From the IMG/VR virus record IMGVR_UViG_3300027921_000016, positions 33,849-97,848 of that record: 64,000 nt of DNA; one strand, given 5' to 3'. The translations under genes were made by a program, and so were the position numbers. The number at the start of each line of letters is the position of its first letter. The stretch's first letter is position 1. Below the pieces are notes generated by a model. The model searched no databases, was not told the origin of the DNA, and worked only from the letters and a program-made list of their open reading frames with translations. The stretch is from a virus. Below, piece by piece: positions 1 to 9,222 of the stretch.

Positions 1-152
1 CTGAGGTCCTCGGACGTGACATGTCCTACCATGGACGCATGGACAAACTTCCTTGGGGTCTGCGCGATCTCACACACGCCATCCAGATCAGCAAGGAGAC
101 GCTGATGGATAACCGGGTCGAGTATCGAGAGCTTGGTAGAGGGATCGTTCAT
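1..152 (-). CDS. 5' part of a gene running off the window edge (possibly DnaC-like helicase loader)
   Basis: ATG at 152 overlaps the initiator stop (ATGA); reads MNDPSTKLSILDPVIHQRLLADL...; function inferred only from position. Confidence 0.5.
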   Translation of the reverse strand, partial: MNDPSTKLSILDPVIHQRLLADLDGVCEIAQTPRKFVHASMVGHVTSEDL

Positions 153-1123
153 TTGGCTTTCAACTGCTCAAGAAAGGCAGCAACCTTTTCAGGGTCATGT
201 ACAGCAGGAGTATCCTCTACTCCCGCCACTTTGACAACCACTGGTTCTGGTACTGCAATTGATTGCACGACCGTGGAACTCAGGTCCATGTTTGCTAGGG
301 TATCAACATGCAGTAGCAGGAATCCAGGCAACGGCCGCACAGGGGGGTTGGACACACCCTTCTCCGTGCTGACCTTCCAGGAAAATACTGCCCAATTTTG
401 CAGCACCCAATCCACTTTCTCCCTGGTGCTTTCCCCCAGGTGCTTGTACACGCCTTTTAACTGCGCCTTGTCCTTGATCGTGAGCGGCTTCTGATACCCT
501 CCGTACAGGGTCCCCATCCTCTTCATCCAAAGACCCTCCAAGGATATTGGAGTGCCTTTGTTCTTCAATACCGTAGCTGCATCCATGTCTGTGACTCCTA
601 TAGGGGCTGGCAAGGCGCCTGCGCTGGTTTTATTATCTGCTGTAGTCTCTGTAGTATTCTCTGTTGGGTAATGCACCTGTAGGTGCAATGGTTTGCCCTC
701 ACAGGTGCATTGGTTTGCCCCTACAGGTGCAAATGAAATTCTCTTGGATAGCGGCATGGCGTCAAGGAATGTGCAGAGAATGTGTCTAGTGGGCTTACTG
801 TTGGCCATAAAAATCTCTACCTGAATAAGTTTGCACCTCACAAGAATATCCATTGCCCTGTCCAGTTGGCGGCGGGTAAGACGTACCTCCTCCCACCATT
901 CAGTATGCGTCTTGTACAGCCAGGATCGAACCACCCCATACCGGTCTTTCCGGTGGTGAGACAGTCTCTCTTTACCTTTGACATCCGGACAATACCAGTA
1001 ATGAATCTGGGACATCACCAGTGCGGCATTTATATCCCCTGTCCAGTCCACATACCCTGGACGAAACCACACCCCACGTACCTCAGGCATACAGGCCCCT
1101 GCAATCAATTGCGAAACCGCCAA
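149..1123 (-). CDS. Phage replication initiator / replisome organiser (N-terminal wHTH)
   Basis: AALVMSQIHYW...WLYKTHTEWWEEVRLTRRQLDRAMDIL wHTH motif and PTENTTETT linker typical of phage O-like initiators. Confidence 0.7.
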   Translation of the reverse strand: MAVSQLIAGACMPEVRGVWFRPGYVDWTGDINAALVMSQIHYWYCPDVKGKERLSHHRKDRYGVVRSWLYKTHTEWWEEVRLTRRQLDRAMDILVRCKLIQVEIFMANSKPTRHILCTFLDAMPLSKRISFAPVGANQCTCEGKPLHLQVHYPTENTTETTADNKTSAGALPAPIGVTDMDAATVLKNKGTPISLEGLWMKRMGTLYGGYQKPLTIKDKAQLKGVYKHLGESTREKVDWVLQNWAVFSWKVSTEKGVSNPPVRPLPGFLLLHVDTLANMDLSSTVVQSIAVPEPVVVKVAGVEDTPAVHDPEKVAAFLEQLKAK

Positions 1124-1147
1124 AAGGGGAGTTTAACCCCTTTGGCA
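1119..1147 (-). terminator. Stem-loop upstream of the initiator gene (terminator-like)
   Basis: GCCAAAAGGGG-agtttaa-CCCCTTTGGC inverted repeat. Confidence 0.35.
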
Positions 1148-1160
1148 AAGTGGCAGTGGA

Positions 1161-1868
1161 TCAGCGTGGTTCAGGCGGTTTGATGTCCACGAACACCGCC
1201 CGGCCAGTGGGGTCTGTAAAGTTGGCATCAAAATTGCCGGCATCACCGCAGCCACTCAGTACCCTGTTGATGGTATCCACACTCAGGGCCTTGACCTCCT
1301 TACGGGTACCGAGGTCCCCGAGCAATGCGGCAAGGTTCTTGCGGTCAATGTACATGCGCTGGTACCCCCCATAGTACCCGTTGCCGACGGAGAAGCGGGT
1401 GGCAAAGTACACCGCACCGTACTTGTCGGCGAGACTGTCCGCACTGTACCCCCAGGCCTCTATGGAGGGGAAGAACTTGACCTTGACCTCGCTCCCGAAC
1501 TTCCTGACCATCACTGCCGTGAACACGTCGCTGGCCGCCAGGGTGGCTGCCACCAGATAGCTGTTGTAGGAGGTAATCCCGTTACGCCAGTGTGGCTGAG
1601 TAGTGGACACCGCACGGTACGTGCGGTGGGCCTGTGAGGGGTGGACGGCCTTGGTACGTGGGGTACGGGCAGGCGCCTTTGGTTTCGCAGTCGCAACAGG
1701 CTTGGGCCTGTCGTAGGTAGCATCCGTGGTCGAGAGCACGGACTTTATCTCACAGCCTGGATATTTTTTGAACACCCCCTGCTTGGCACCACGATCAGTG
1801 TTGGCAGCGACGACGATGACCTTGGCTTTACCCTTCAGGTCGGGGAAGAACACGATTTGGAAGTTCAT
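1161..1868 (-). CDS. Hypothetical protein
   Basis: 235-aa ORF, AAGGAG RBS, in operon. Confidence 0.75.
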   Translation of the reverse strand: MNFQIVFFPDLKGKAKVIVVAANTDRGAKQGVFKKYPGCEIKSVLSTTDATYDRPKPVATAKPKAPARTPRTKAVHPSQAHRTYRAVSTTQPHWRNGITSYNSYLVAATLAASDVFTAVMVRKFGSEVKVKFFPSIEAWGYSADSLADKYGAVYFATRFSVGNGYYGGYQRMYIDRKNLAALLGDLGTRKEVKALSVDTINRVLSGCGDAGNFDANFTDPTGRAVFVDIKPPEPR

Positions 1869-1870
1869 GA

Positions 1871-2275
1871 TTACTCCTTTAGAAGTTCGATGTTTCGCCG
1901 GGGTAGGCCTACCAGGTCCCAGGTTTCAGAGTCGAGAAAACACTTACATTTTGCCAGAGCCCGTTTGGCTTCAGCTCCCCCGAAGGCTCGGGCAAATCCT
2001 TCCTTGGTGACTACCGACCACGTACCCGTAGGGTACACCCGATCTTGCAACGGGGGCTGGTCGGGACTGGCTGGCGTAGGGTTGGCTTCGATACAGGTGA
2101 TACCCTGGGCCATGAGCTTCTGACACTCAACACATGGCTCGTAGCTGGTGACCATGTGCATCGGTGCTTCTTTCGGATAAGCGGCGCCCAAGAGTGCGAC
2201 TTCGCCCGTCTCCTTGCCGCACCAAAAGCAGGTAGACAGTGTGGGGTTAAGCCCGTACTTGGCAGAGAGTCTCAT
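1871..2275 (-). CDS. Hypothetical Zn-finger protein
   Basis: KYGLNPTLSTCFWCGKE...YEPCVEC; two CxxC pairs. Confidence 0.75.
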   Translation of the reverse strand: MRLSAKYGLNPTLSTCFWCGKETGEVALLGAAYPKEAPMHMVTSYEPCVECQKLMAQGITCIEANPTPASPDQPPLQDRVYPTGTWSVVTKEGFARAFGGAEAKRALAKCKCFLDSETWDLVGLPRRNIELLKE

Positions 2276-2535
2276 GTCATGGACCTCCCGAAAAACGAGC
2301 CATCACCACCCAAGGAGTACTCCTCCTTGGCTACCGTGTCTGGGTCAGTGATGCACCCAGAGCAGACCACCATGTACTGGCCCATGCAGTCCCCACTGTC
2401 GATCGTGTGATGAAGTTCCTTGAGGTTGTCAAACTTCAGGTGCCCAGGGCCATCCGAAAGTACGGTAACCATGATCGCGGTCTTGCGGACGCAATGGTCA
2501 CTCATCTCCGCCTCCAGTCTAGGGGTTGTGCTCAA
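2272..2535 (-). CDS. Hypothetical protein (start uncertain)
   Basis: ORF overlapping both neighbours. Confidence 0.6.
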   Translation of the reverse strand: MSTTPRLEAEMSDHCVRKTAIMVTVLSDGPGHLKFDNLKELHHTIDSGDCMGQYMVVCSGCITDPDTVAKEEYSLGGDGSFFGRSMT

Positions 2536-2995
2536 TGGCCAGCGGAGGGGTGAACACCACCACAGACTTGTCCAAGCCTAGGCTTGTACTGAAGAATGCC
2601 GCCAACTCGGTGTTGTCGCCCCACTCAGCGTCCATGCCGATCTCTTTCTGGATTTGGGTGATAGCCCACGCCAGAAGAACTTCAACTACCTTGTGTTCGA
2701 TGCAGGCGGCGGCGAACTGTTCTGCTGATGCCCTCATGTCGAGCACCGGAATTTCCACGAGATCGTAGTGCATGCCCGCAACGTGTGCACCGTCCATCTC
2801 GAACGGGGAGTTTTTGCGGAAATTGAGGTACTTGGGTGCCTTTTCAGGGTACCCTAGGGTGGCAAACCTGACCACCACATCCGAGTACTTTTCAGAAGGC
2901 GCCATCGACACCCCGAAGCAGACTGCCTGGGTACAGGACAGTACTGCATACTTATTGGAACTGCCAAAAAACACTTTCAATGTCATGATCTCCAC
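2519..2995 (-). CDS. Hypothetical early protein
   Basis: ORF directly downstream of promoter and CAATGGAGTG leader. Confidence 0.7.
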   Translation of the reverse strand: MEIMTLKVFFGSSNKYAVLSCTQAVCFGVSMAPSEKYSDVVVRFATLGYPEKAPKYLNFRKNSPFEMDGAHVAGMHYDLVEIPVLDMRASAEQFAAACIEHKVVEVLLAWAITQIQKEIGMDAEWGDNTELAAFFSTSLGLDKSVVVFTPPLAIEHNP

Positions 2996-3019
2996 TCCAT
3001 TGGGTTGAACTACAATCTT

Positions 3020-3047
3020 AGATTAACACAATCAAGCAATTTGTCAA
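3020..3047 (-). promoter_or_regulatory. Sigma70-type early promoter
   Basis: TTGACA-16-TAATCT; one of 8 similar promoters. Confidence 0.75.
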
Positions 3048-3050
3048 TAA

Positions 3051-4241
3051 TTATTTGCAATCAATTGCAGGTAGATAGTGGTGCTGCTTGATGGTCGCGT
3101 ACACGGTCTCCGCTACCTCCGAGTGACTGAACTCAACCTGTTGTTGGTCCTCAAGCGCCTGCCTGAGAGTCTGCTGTTGCTTCATGCTTGGGCTCTTACC
3201 CATCACACTTTGGAAGCACTTGACAGCAAATATCTTGGCATCGCCTGAGCTTAACTTCGGGATATGCAGCACCAGATCGAGGCGACCTGGGCGGTACAAT
3301 TCAACTGGCAAGACCTTCAGATCGTTGGTGGTCATGACCGTGATTACCCGGCTACGGTGGTCGGACAACCACCAAAGCAGTTGGCTCATTATCCTGGCGG
3401 TCACACCTGAATCGTCCTGGCCGCCAAAGATTTTCTCCGCTTCATCAATGAGCACCACACATGGGCTCTCGCGTTCCAACATGTTCAAGCTGCGTGCTAC
3501 TCGTGACTCCGATTCACCTATGTACTTATTTAGGGTAGTAGCGATGTCCAGACGGAACAGCGGTACCTGCCAGTGATTGGCGATGGCCTTGGCCGCCGTG
3601 CTCTTACCTACTCCTGGAGCACCTGCAAGCATCAAGCCCCTGGGCACCAGTTTGTCCGGCACCCCCTGGGTGAGAAAATACTGACCATTCAACTTGAGCC
3701 ACTGTTCCAGCTTCTCCGGGTACAGGTAGAAGTCCAGGTCGGTGTCCACCACCTGAAGGCCCTGGATGGCACCCCCAACCATGGTACGAGTTCGCCTGAT
3801 CTCCGGTAGAGCCAGACTCCCTACCCTGGCCATGGTCAGCTGCACGATCTCACTGGCGGCCTTCAGAGACAGCCCTCGCAGGGCCTGGACAATCGCAGGC
3901 ACATCCTCCGGGAGGGTGAACTCCTTGAGATAGTCCGAGACCATGCTCTGGGGCGTTGGCAACTCCCCGGCCATGAACATAAATGAACTCTTGTCCACGG
4001 GGTTGATGATCACCAACGTGGATTCGGCTTCGACCAGCTTCTTGTACACCTGGGCATCCAGGATATCCAGGTTCTCGCTCACGTACACGTAGGGTCCCAG
4101 GGTTGCACTAGACAGCTTACTGGCCGGCCAGGGAACCACCTTCTTTCCTGTGAGCAACTGCAAGGACGTAGTGTAGTTCAGCAGGTCATCCGTGTACACC
4201 CCGATCACCGGAATATGGGCGTTGTAGGCTAAATCAAAAAT
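3051..4241 (-). CDS. AAA+ ATPase (Ycf46/SpoVK-like), probable ATT start
   Basis: Walker A GAPGVGKS, Walker B VVLIDEAEK, TTN sensor, RPGRLD Arg finger; frame open to ATT at 4241, 8 nt after AAGGAG. Confidence 0.85.
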   Translation of the reverse strand: MFDLAYNAHIPVIGVYTDDLLNYTTSLQLLTGKKVVPWPASKLSSATLGPYVYVSENLDILDAQVYKKLVEAESTLVIINPVDKSSFMFMAGELPTPQSMVSDYLKEFTLPEDVPAIVQALRGLSLKAASEIVQLTMARVGSLALPEIRRTRTMVGGAIQGLQVVDTDLDFYLYPEKLEQWLKLNGQYFLTQGVPDKLVPRGLMLAGAPGVGKSTAAKAIANHWQVPLFRLDIATTLNKYIGESESRVARSLNMLERESPCVVLIDEAEKIFGGQDDSGVTARIMSQLLWWLSDHRSRVITVMTTNDLKVLPVELYRPGRLDLVLHIPKLSSGDAKIFAVKCFQSVMGKSPSMKQQQTLRQALEDQQQVEFSHSEVAETVYATIKQHHYLPAIDCK

Positions 4242-4819
4242 GGCAGCTTCTCCTTATTAGATCGGTAGTGGCTTACCAGGGTTCCCCTGGGTATACCGTT
4301 GGCCAACGCAACCTCCTCCTGAGTGCCTTTACCAGCTAACCACTCCCCTACCGCTTTATCTAAGGCAGCCTTGGTGTACTTCTTTGGGGTCTTCTGTAGA
4401 GGGGCTCTCCCTTTCTTACGCATGTCCTCCATATTATCCTGGTGTGTGCCAAGGAATAAATGCGACGGATTTATACAGCCAGGAGTGTCGCACTTATGGC
4501 AAACAGACAGTCCTTCTTCTATAGGACCTACACTAACCTCCCAGGTTACCCTATGAGCTAGGCACAGTTTGCCCAGGTAGTACAGAACCCCATACCCGGC
4601 ACTATTTGTAGCGCCTAACCACCTATAGCACCCCGTTTTCTGGTCCACCTCGTAATTACCCAGTCGGGTGGTGATGTCGGGGTACTTGCCTCTAGTGTGG
4701 TGGTTATGAAGGTACTTCAGGGGGGCACCTTTAACCTGCCCCAGCTTGGCGTTAGTTTTCTTAGCCAACGGAGCAGGGTTACCACACCCACAGGCGCACA
4801 AGACAAGTTCAAACATCAT
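4229..4819 (-). CDS. HNH homing endonuclease
   Basis: CACGCG N-terminus; LAHRV...VCHKCDTPGCINPSHLFLGTHQDNM HNH motif; AGGAGG RBS. Confidence 0.9.
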   Translation of the reverse strand: MMFELVLCACGCGNPAPLAKKTNAKLGQVKGAPLKYLHNHHTRGKYPDITTRLGNYEVDQKTGCYRWLGATNSAGYGVLYYLGKLCLAHRVTWEVSVGPIEEGLSVCHKCDTPGCINPSHLFLGTHQDNMEDMRKKGRAPLQKTPKKYTKAALDKAVGEWLAGKGTQEEVALANGIPRGTLVSHYRSNKEKLPFLI

Positions 4820-4968
4820 CAGCCTCCTGACCAAAGCCAACTCGGTCAGGTTGGTTGGGGGGATTGAGAGCGAGCTTCAAGGCCTTCAACTCTTCGGCGG
4901 TGAGGTCCATAACTGTTACCTCAACGGGAGTACCCTCATCCTGGCCATAGCACCAGTACCCCGCCATA

Positions 4969-5259
4969 TTAGTCCCCTCCTTTGGAGCTTGCCTGGTGGC
5001 ATAGGGCTGCTCGATCCCGCCACGCTGCCCACATCATGCGGGTACGCATGGCCAGAGGACAAACGTAGGTTGATCCTTGGAGCTCCCCTTGGCCAGTATA
5101 CGATTCCCCGTCCCAGTTTGCACCCAATACCCAGCAATGCCCCTGCACCCATGCCTCGAAGGCAAGGCGTTCAGCCTCAACAACTGGGCCGCCTACAGCT
5201 CCCATATCCCGCGCAGCCTCTACACTAGGCGGGTCAGAAAAACCGGCAGGGTTACTCAT
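4969..5259 (-). CDS. Hypothetical protein next to an attC half-site
   Basis: GGAGA RBS, MSNPAG...ERLAFEAW...MWAAWRDRAAL. Confidence 0.6.
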   Translation of the reverse strand: MSNPAGFSDPPSVEAARDMGAVGGPVVEAERLAFEAWVQGHCWVLGANWDGESYTGQGELQGSTYVCPLAMRTRMMWAAWRDRAALCHQASSKGGD

Positions 5260-5266
5260 TTCTCCA

Positions 5267-5293
5267 TGCCCAACAGACGCTTCAACGCGGACA
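5267..5293 (+). mobile_element. attC left-arm remnant
   Basis: TGCCAAC-agacgc-TTCAAC-GCGGAC resembles R''-L'' of attC; no right arm. Confidence 0.45.
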
Positions 5294-5410
5294 GAACAAC
5301 GTGGTACCCTGTATGGGTGATGGACTCCAGTACCCGAAGGTACTGGCCATTCCTGTTCAAAAATACGAATGGCATTTGTCACTCCTTGACGTGGTGATTT
5401 CCTATTTCTG

Positions 5411-5438
5411 AATATACCACAATCCCGGAGTTTGTCAA
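5411..5438 (-). promoter_or_regulatory. Sigma70-type early promoter
   Basis: TTGACA-16-TATATT with TG extension. Confidence 0.8.
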
Positions 5439-5796
5439 CCTTTAATGCAATTGATTGCAGGGCCGAAGCCCCTACGGGGCGGCCCCAAGTTTGCAACAAC
5501 TTACCCTGTGATACGCGTGTGATGGTACTTAGATGGCCGCAACGTGAGGCACAGCGCCAGAGAAAGGGCGTGGGGCAGACCGGCTACCAGAAAGAGCGGG
5601 GGCAACAGGCACTGGGGGTGCCGTCAACATAAGCGCATCGAGGCGTGGGTCAGGCACAAAAACCATTGGGATCACGCACACAGCCACGTAGGTTGCAGCA
5701 GGGCAAGGGCCTGGCAGGTACACGGCATACCCAGCATTGAAGCTTAAGAAGAACGAGATGATGAACGTCATGGCGCTTGCCTAGGTTAATCAGGTA

Positions 5797-6399
5797 CTAC
5801 AATGGCGGGGGTGCAATCGCACGAGTACGATCCCACTCAGCTTTGTTGGCTACATACCAGTCTTGCCATGCTCGGAGGAGCTTTCCTCGGGTGACGCATT
5901 CGATGTTGTTTTGGGCGTTTGTTCTTGCGAGATCAGAGAGCTTAACGGTTGAGGGGGAACTACCATCTGGTGGAGGACGGCGGGAAATTCCGGGAAGCTC
6001 CGCTGCGAGGGGCAGGTCGTGCACCCAGACAACACCATTGGTAATAGTACAAGCAGCATCATCTTTGACGGAGACATAGTAGGGTATCCTCTTGATCACA
6101 GTTACGGTTTCTTTCTGAACATCCCGATGGGCTACCAGACTCTTCTCCAGGTCCTTGAGCAAGGTCGTGTTGGCGTCCTGCATGTTCTTGATCTGGACTC
6201 CAACGATACGCTCCCGCTCCTTCACCTGAGTGGTGTAGGTCGTCAGCTTGTCCTCCCACGAACTGCTGCCTGTGTACCAACCCAAGGCGAACGCAAGTAC
6301 ATAGCCCAAGAGCAGCACCATAGCCAGCGCAACCGGGGCGAGAATTTTTGCGAGGGCGTTACTTGCGCCAAGCCGTACCATCAGAGAGGAGAGCATCAC
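5797..6399 (-). CDS. Rz: i-spanin (Rz-like)
   Basis: N-terminal TM helix, coiled coil, embedded lipoprotein gene. Confidence 0.75.
   Translation of the reverse strand: MMLSSLMVRLGASNALAKILAPVALAMVLLLGYVLAFALGWYTGSSSWEDKLTTYTTQVKERERIVGVQIKNMQDANTTLLKDLEKSLVAHRDVQKETVTVIKRIPYYVSVKDDAACTITNGVVWVHDLPLAAELPGISRRPPPDGSSPSTVKLSDLARTNAQNNIECVTRGKLLRAWQDWYVANKAEWDRTRAIAPPPL
5850..6062 (-). CDS. Rz1: o-spanin lipoprotein nested in Rz
   Basis: MMLLVLLPMVLSG-C lipobox, Pro-rich mature part, alternate frame within Rz. Confidence 0.75.
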   Translation of the reverse strand: MMLLVLLPMVLSGCTTCPSQRSFPEFPAVLHQMVVPPQPLSSLISQEQTPKTTSNASPEESSSEHGKTGM

Positions 6400-6680
6400 A
6401 TCCCCAAAAAAAGTCGTTGTTCAGCCATACGTGCATTCCACTGAGTGGCGCACACCTTACCGTTCACTCTACACCATTTTGGGAACTCTGCGGCTGCCAA
6501 TTGAAACTCCCTACGGTTGAGGTGGTACAGCAGCGCAGTTGACTCCAGGCCATCGTCCAGTCCCTCCACCCTACCGAGGAGGACAGCCCTACCCCAGGCC
6601 AACACGGCATCCTGCTGGTGGTCTAGCAAGGGTACTGCAATCAATTGCAGCACCTTGAGACTGGCCTCCGAGGGGGTCAT
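6396..6680 (-). CDS. Truncated GH24 lysozyme-like protein (C-lobe only)
   Basis: STALLYHLNRREFQLAAAEFPKWCRVNGKV...RMAEQRLFL resembles the C-terminus of phage lysozymes; no catalytic E-D-T region. Confidence 0.6.
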   Translation of the reverse strand: MTPSEASLKVLQLIAVPLLDHQQDAVLAWGRAVLLGRVEGLDDGLESTALLYHLNRREFQLAAAEFPKWCRVNGKVCATQWNARMAEQRLFLGM

Positions 6681-6946
6681 CCCGCCCCCGTAACTGATGC
6701 ACTCGGGAAAGAAAATTCACCAACGGAGTCCGAAACAACCCTGTTCAGGTCCAGTACGAACTCACGCCCCCGCTGGTACTCTTCCGCCTTCTCCGGCGAG
6801 CAAGTGATGCCGATCATCACCGCAGGAATTGGGCCTTCTGGGGAAATAGCTGTGCGCGTGGACTCGAAAAATACGCGGGTACTTCGGTTGCCGGTAGCCG
6901 CATCGTAGAAATTCACCGTAGACTTGTAATGGACCCTCACAGTCAC
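6677..6946 (-). CDS. Hypothetical protein
   Basis: GTG start after GGGG; lies between lysis genes. Confidence 0.55.
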   Translation of the reverse strand: MTVRVHYKSTVNFYDAATGNRSTRVFFESTRTAISPEGPIPAVMIGITCSPEKAEEYQRGREFVLDLNRVVSDSVGEFSFPSASVTGAG

Positions 6947-6950
6947 CCCC

Positions 6951-7616
6951 TTAAAAGAAATCCCGGTACTTACCCGGACGAACACGAAGCACGTTCTTAA
7001 CGTACTCCCGATTGATTGCAAAAAAACTCTTACCGTACCCAGGCATAGCTGTTTTCTTCTTGTTGCTCGTGTACTCAACATCCCCGAACCACCTACTAGG
7101 TACGCACCCAAGAGTGGCCTCGCACACCTTCCGATCAGAAATCACCCCACCCATCCCCCCATTGTATGCGGCATAGGTAAAGGCCAGTTTTTCCTCTCCA
7201 CCCGCCCCAATGACTTTATTGTATAGCTGTAGGTTTTTTAACACAAGAGCCCGGAGTTGCCGTACAGGATCGTACCGGTCTTCCCAGGCCCATCCTCTAA
7301 GACTTGGATCGAGTACCTGCACCTCTTCAAAGGTATTGAAGCTCTTGGTGACGGTGATCTGTCCGAGACCAAACCCGTACTCCCTGCTGGTCTTCAGCTC
7401 GGCCTTGGGGCTCCAGCATCGAGGGGACTTCAAACTTGAGCACGTTTCCTGTTCCACCTGCCCCGCAAGGGTGGCTGGCTGAGGGTGGTATCTCCAATGT
7501 ACCCGCTGCTCCTGTACCAACAGGGGTAGGTACTTGACCGCCAGTGGCGGAATTTGGGCGTGGGTAGTCCATGAGGGGCATAGCAGTACTCCAAGAAGGA
7601 TTGTTTTGAATACCAC
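6951..7616 (-). CDS. Endolysin, lytic transglycosylase (SLT) with signal peptide
   Basis: LAGQVEQET catalytic Glu, GLGQIT, AAYNGG motifs; hydrophobic N-terminus ending THA-Q. Confidence 0.85.
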   Translation of the reverse strand: MVFKTILLGVLLCPSWTTHAQIPPLAVKYLPLLVQEQRVHWRYHPQPATLAGQVEQETCSSLKSPRCWSPKAELKTSREYGFGLGQITVTKSFNTFEEVQVLDPSLRGWAWEDRYDPVRQLRALVLKNLQLYNKVIGAGGEEKLAFTYAAYNGGMGGVISDRKVCEATLGCVPSRWFGDVEYTSNKKKTAMPGYGKSFFAINREYVKNVLRVRPGKYRDFF

Positions 7617-7618
7617 GA

Positions 7619-7948
7619 TCAGGCCCGTACCATTGCCCCGAACATCAGGACATACGCAGCCAGTAGAAGACACACCCCGAGGAATACCAGACCCGCACCT
7701 GTTGGGTGTACACACGCCTTCTGTGCAATCAATTGCAGATCGAGACGATAAAACAGAAGGCGACGAATGACGTGAGAGAGCGCCACTATGTAGAAGGCTC
7801 CACCGGTAAACAGTCCCCAAGGAGCTAGTGCCGGTTCATGAAAGAACTCAGCTACTGGGACGCTGGTGGACACCAATACTGTCCCTATGAGAACGAGCAG
7901 GGCCAGTCGAAGTATGTCCGGCAGGAGTACTTTCAGAAATCGGATCAT
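7619..7948 (-). CDS. Putative holin
   Basis: 109 aa, 3 TM segments, directly upstream of endolysin. Confidence 0.65.
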   Translation of the reverse strand: MIRFLKVLLPDILRLALLVLIGTVLVSTSVPVAEFFHEPALAPWGLFTGGAFYIVALSHVIRRLLFYRLDLQLIAQKACVHPTGAGLVFLGVCLLLAAYVLMFGAMVRA

Positions 7949-8400
7949 GGTGCACCCCCTAAGCCCAAGGGCACCACCGTGAACTTAATAGAAGGGGCCT
8001 CCATCGAGTGGATGAACCCCGGCCAGTCGTACCACAGCACCTTGACCCTCATCACCCAAGAACCTGGGGTCAATGCCCTGGGTAGTACGATGACCTGTTC
8101 CTTGCCGGGGGCGGCACTTAGACTTATACCCCCTCCGGAGAGCTGCTCAACCCTGCCATCGTCACGTATCTTCTCGAAGGTACTAGTAGACACCAGAGTC
8201 GAACCCCGTAGTACCCAAAGGTCTCGTTTGATAGACACCACCTGCCCCGGCACCCCCGTTGATGGGATCATGGTTTGGGTGTTACCGTACCGCAAGGGAG
8301 GGTGGCCCGCCATTACAGCGAGACAAAGGAGGCCAATTAGGGGCAGTAGCACCACGGCCACTACAAGCTCGATTAGATAGGGGCGAGCCTTGCCGCTCAC
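7945..8400 (-). CDS. Membrane-anchored hypothetical protein
   Basis: N-terminal TM helix and beta-rich domain; GTG overlaps upstream stop. Confidence 0.55.
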   Translation of the reverse strand: MSGKARPYLIELVVAVVLLPLIGLLCLAVMAGHPPLRYGNTQTMIPSTGVPGQVVSIKRDLWVLRGSTLVSTSTFEKIRDDGRVEQLSGGGISLSAAPGKEQVIVLPRALTPGSWVMRVKVLWYDWPGFIHSMEAPSIKFTVVPLGLGGAP

Positions 8401-8603
8401 TCTACTACCCCCGTCCGCCAGGCCAGCATTCCCCAGTACACCAGCACGAATACCACGGCTACCGCCCCCAGAACCAGGTACCTTGCCACCGAGCGTTTCA
8501 AATCCCGCATGTCCTCTTGCCATTGCCGCCTCCTACCTATCTCTGTGGAGATAAAAATATGATGCTCTGTGTGCACTTTCTTATCCGGGTAGTCATCGTC
8601 CAT
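8397..8603 (-). CDS. Small membrane protein (holin/antiholin-like)
   Basis: Charged N-terminus, single C-terminal TM. Confidence 0.55.
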   Translation of the reverse strand: MDDDYPDKKVHTEHHIFISTEIGRRRQWQEDMRDLKRSVARYLVLGAVAVVFVLVYWGMLAWRTGVVE

Positions 8604-8627
8604 GACACCCCCCCAGGTAGACGAAAA

Positions 8628-8909
8628 TCACTTGAAAGCCCCAAACACCTTCAAATCCACTGTTTCCCCAAGACCACTCCATCCGGCTACCGTCACCTTG
8701 ACTTGAAGTTTCCAGGTGCCTGCCATGTCTAGATCACTGGCCACAGTCGCGTACTTGATCTTGGTCAGGCTAATCACCGTGCCGATCCAGGTAACGACGA
8801 CCCCATTGGGCTTCTTGGCAAGGATGTCGCTGACAGTGGCAGCCGAGATATCCTCCTTGCAGTCCAAGATGATCTCGGTACCGACATCACCAACGTAGAC
8901 CTTGCTCAT
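8628..8909 (-). CDS. BppU-N-like Ig-fold virion protein
   Basis: VGDVGTEI...KKPNG...DLDMAGTWKLQ pattern. Confidence 0.65.
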   Translation of the reverse strand: MSKVYVGDVGTEIILDCKEDISAATVSDILAKKPNGVVVTWIGTVISLTKIKYATVASDLDMAGTWKLQVKVTVAGWSGLGETVDLKVFGAFK

Positions 8910-9088
8910 GCTTCCTCCAACTCGATAAGAGAGGTGCCTGCTACGGACTTGGTGATCGCACTACCCTCGGCAATAGACATTGCCTTGACGGGGGAGTCCA
9001 CCAGTACCCCTTGGGTTAGCGCAGACTGGGCCAATACAGCCAAACTCACTGCACTGACGCCTTCTACCACTTCTACTTCGGAGGCCAT
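8906..9088 (-). CDS. Small hypothetical protein
   Basis: Coupled to neighbours. Confidence 0.5.
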   Translation of the reverse strand: MASEVEVVEGVSAVSLAVLAQSALTQGVLVDSPVKAMSIAEGSAITKSVAGTSLIELEEA

Positions 9089-9222
9089 ATTCGAGAATCT
9101 CCAAGTACTACCCGAGCTACAGCCGACACCCCACGAACTACCTTACGCCACGTCCGTGGTACAGCCTCTGCCAGCCACCCCCACCATTTTCCGTGAGTAT
9201 TACCGTGCCAGTTCCCAAACAT
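9073..9222 (-). CDS. Small Trp/Gly-rich protein not in ORF track
   Basis: MFGNWHGNTHGKWWGW..., ATG overlaps upstream TGA. Confidence 0.5.
   Translation of the reverse strand: MFGNWHGNTHGKWWGWLAEAVPRTWRKVVRGVSAVARVVLGDSRIWPPK

Noticed and set aside
4229-4819. Group I intron around the HNH
   Set aside because: No non-coding flanks to form an intron core; the ORF fills the interval
7007-7020. Partial box CCCGATTGATTGCA (also 11801, 26973, 41302)
   Set aside because: Three or more mismatches or altered spacing; not counted
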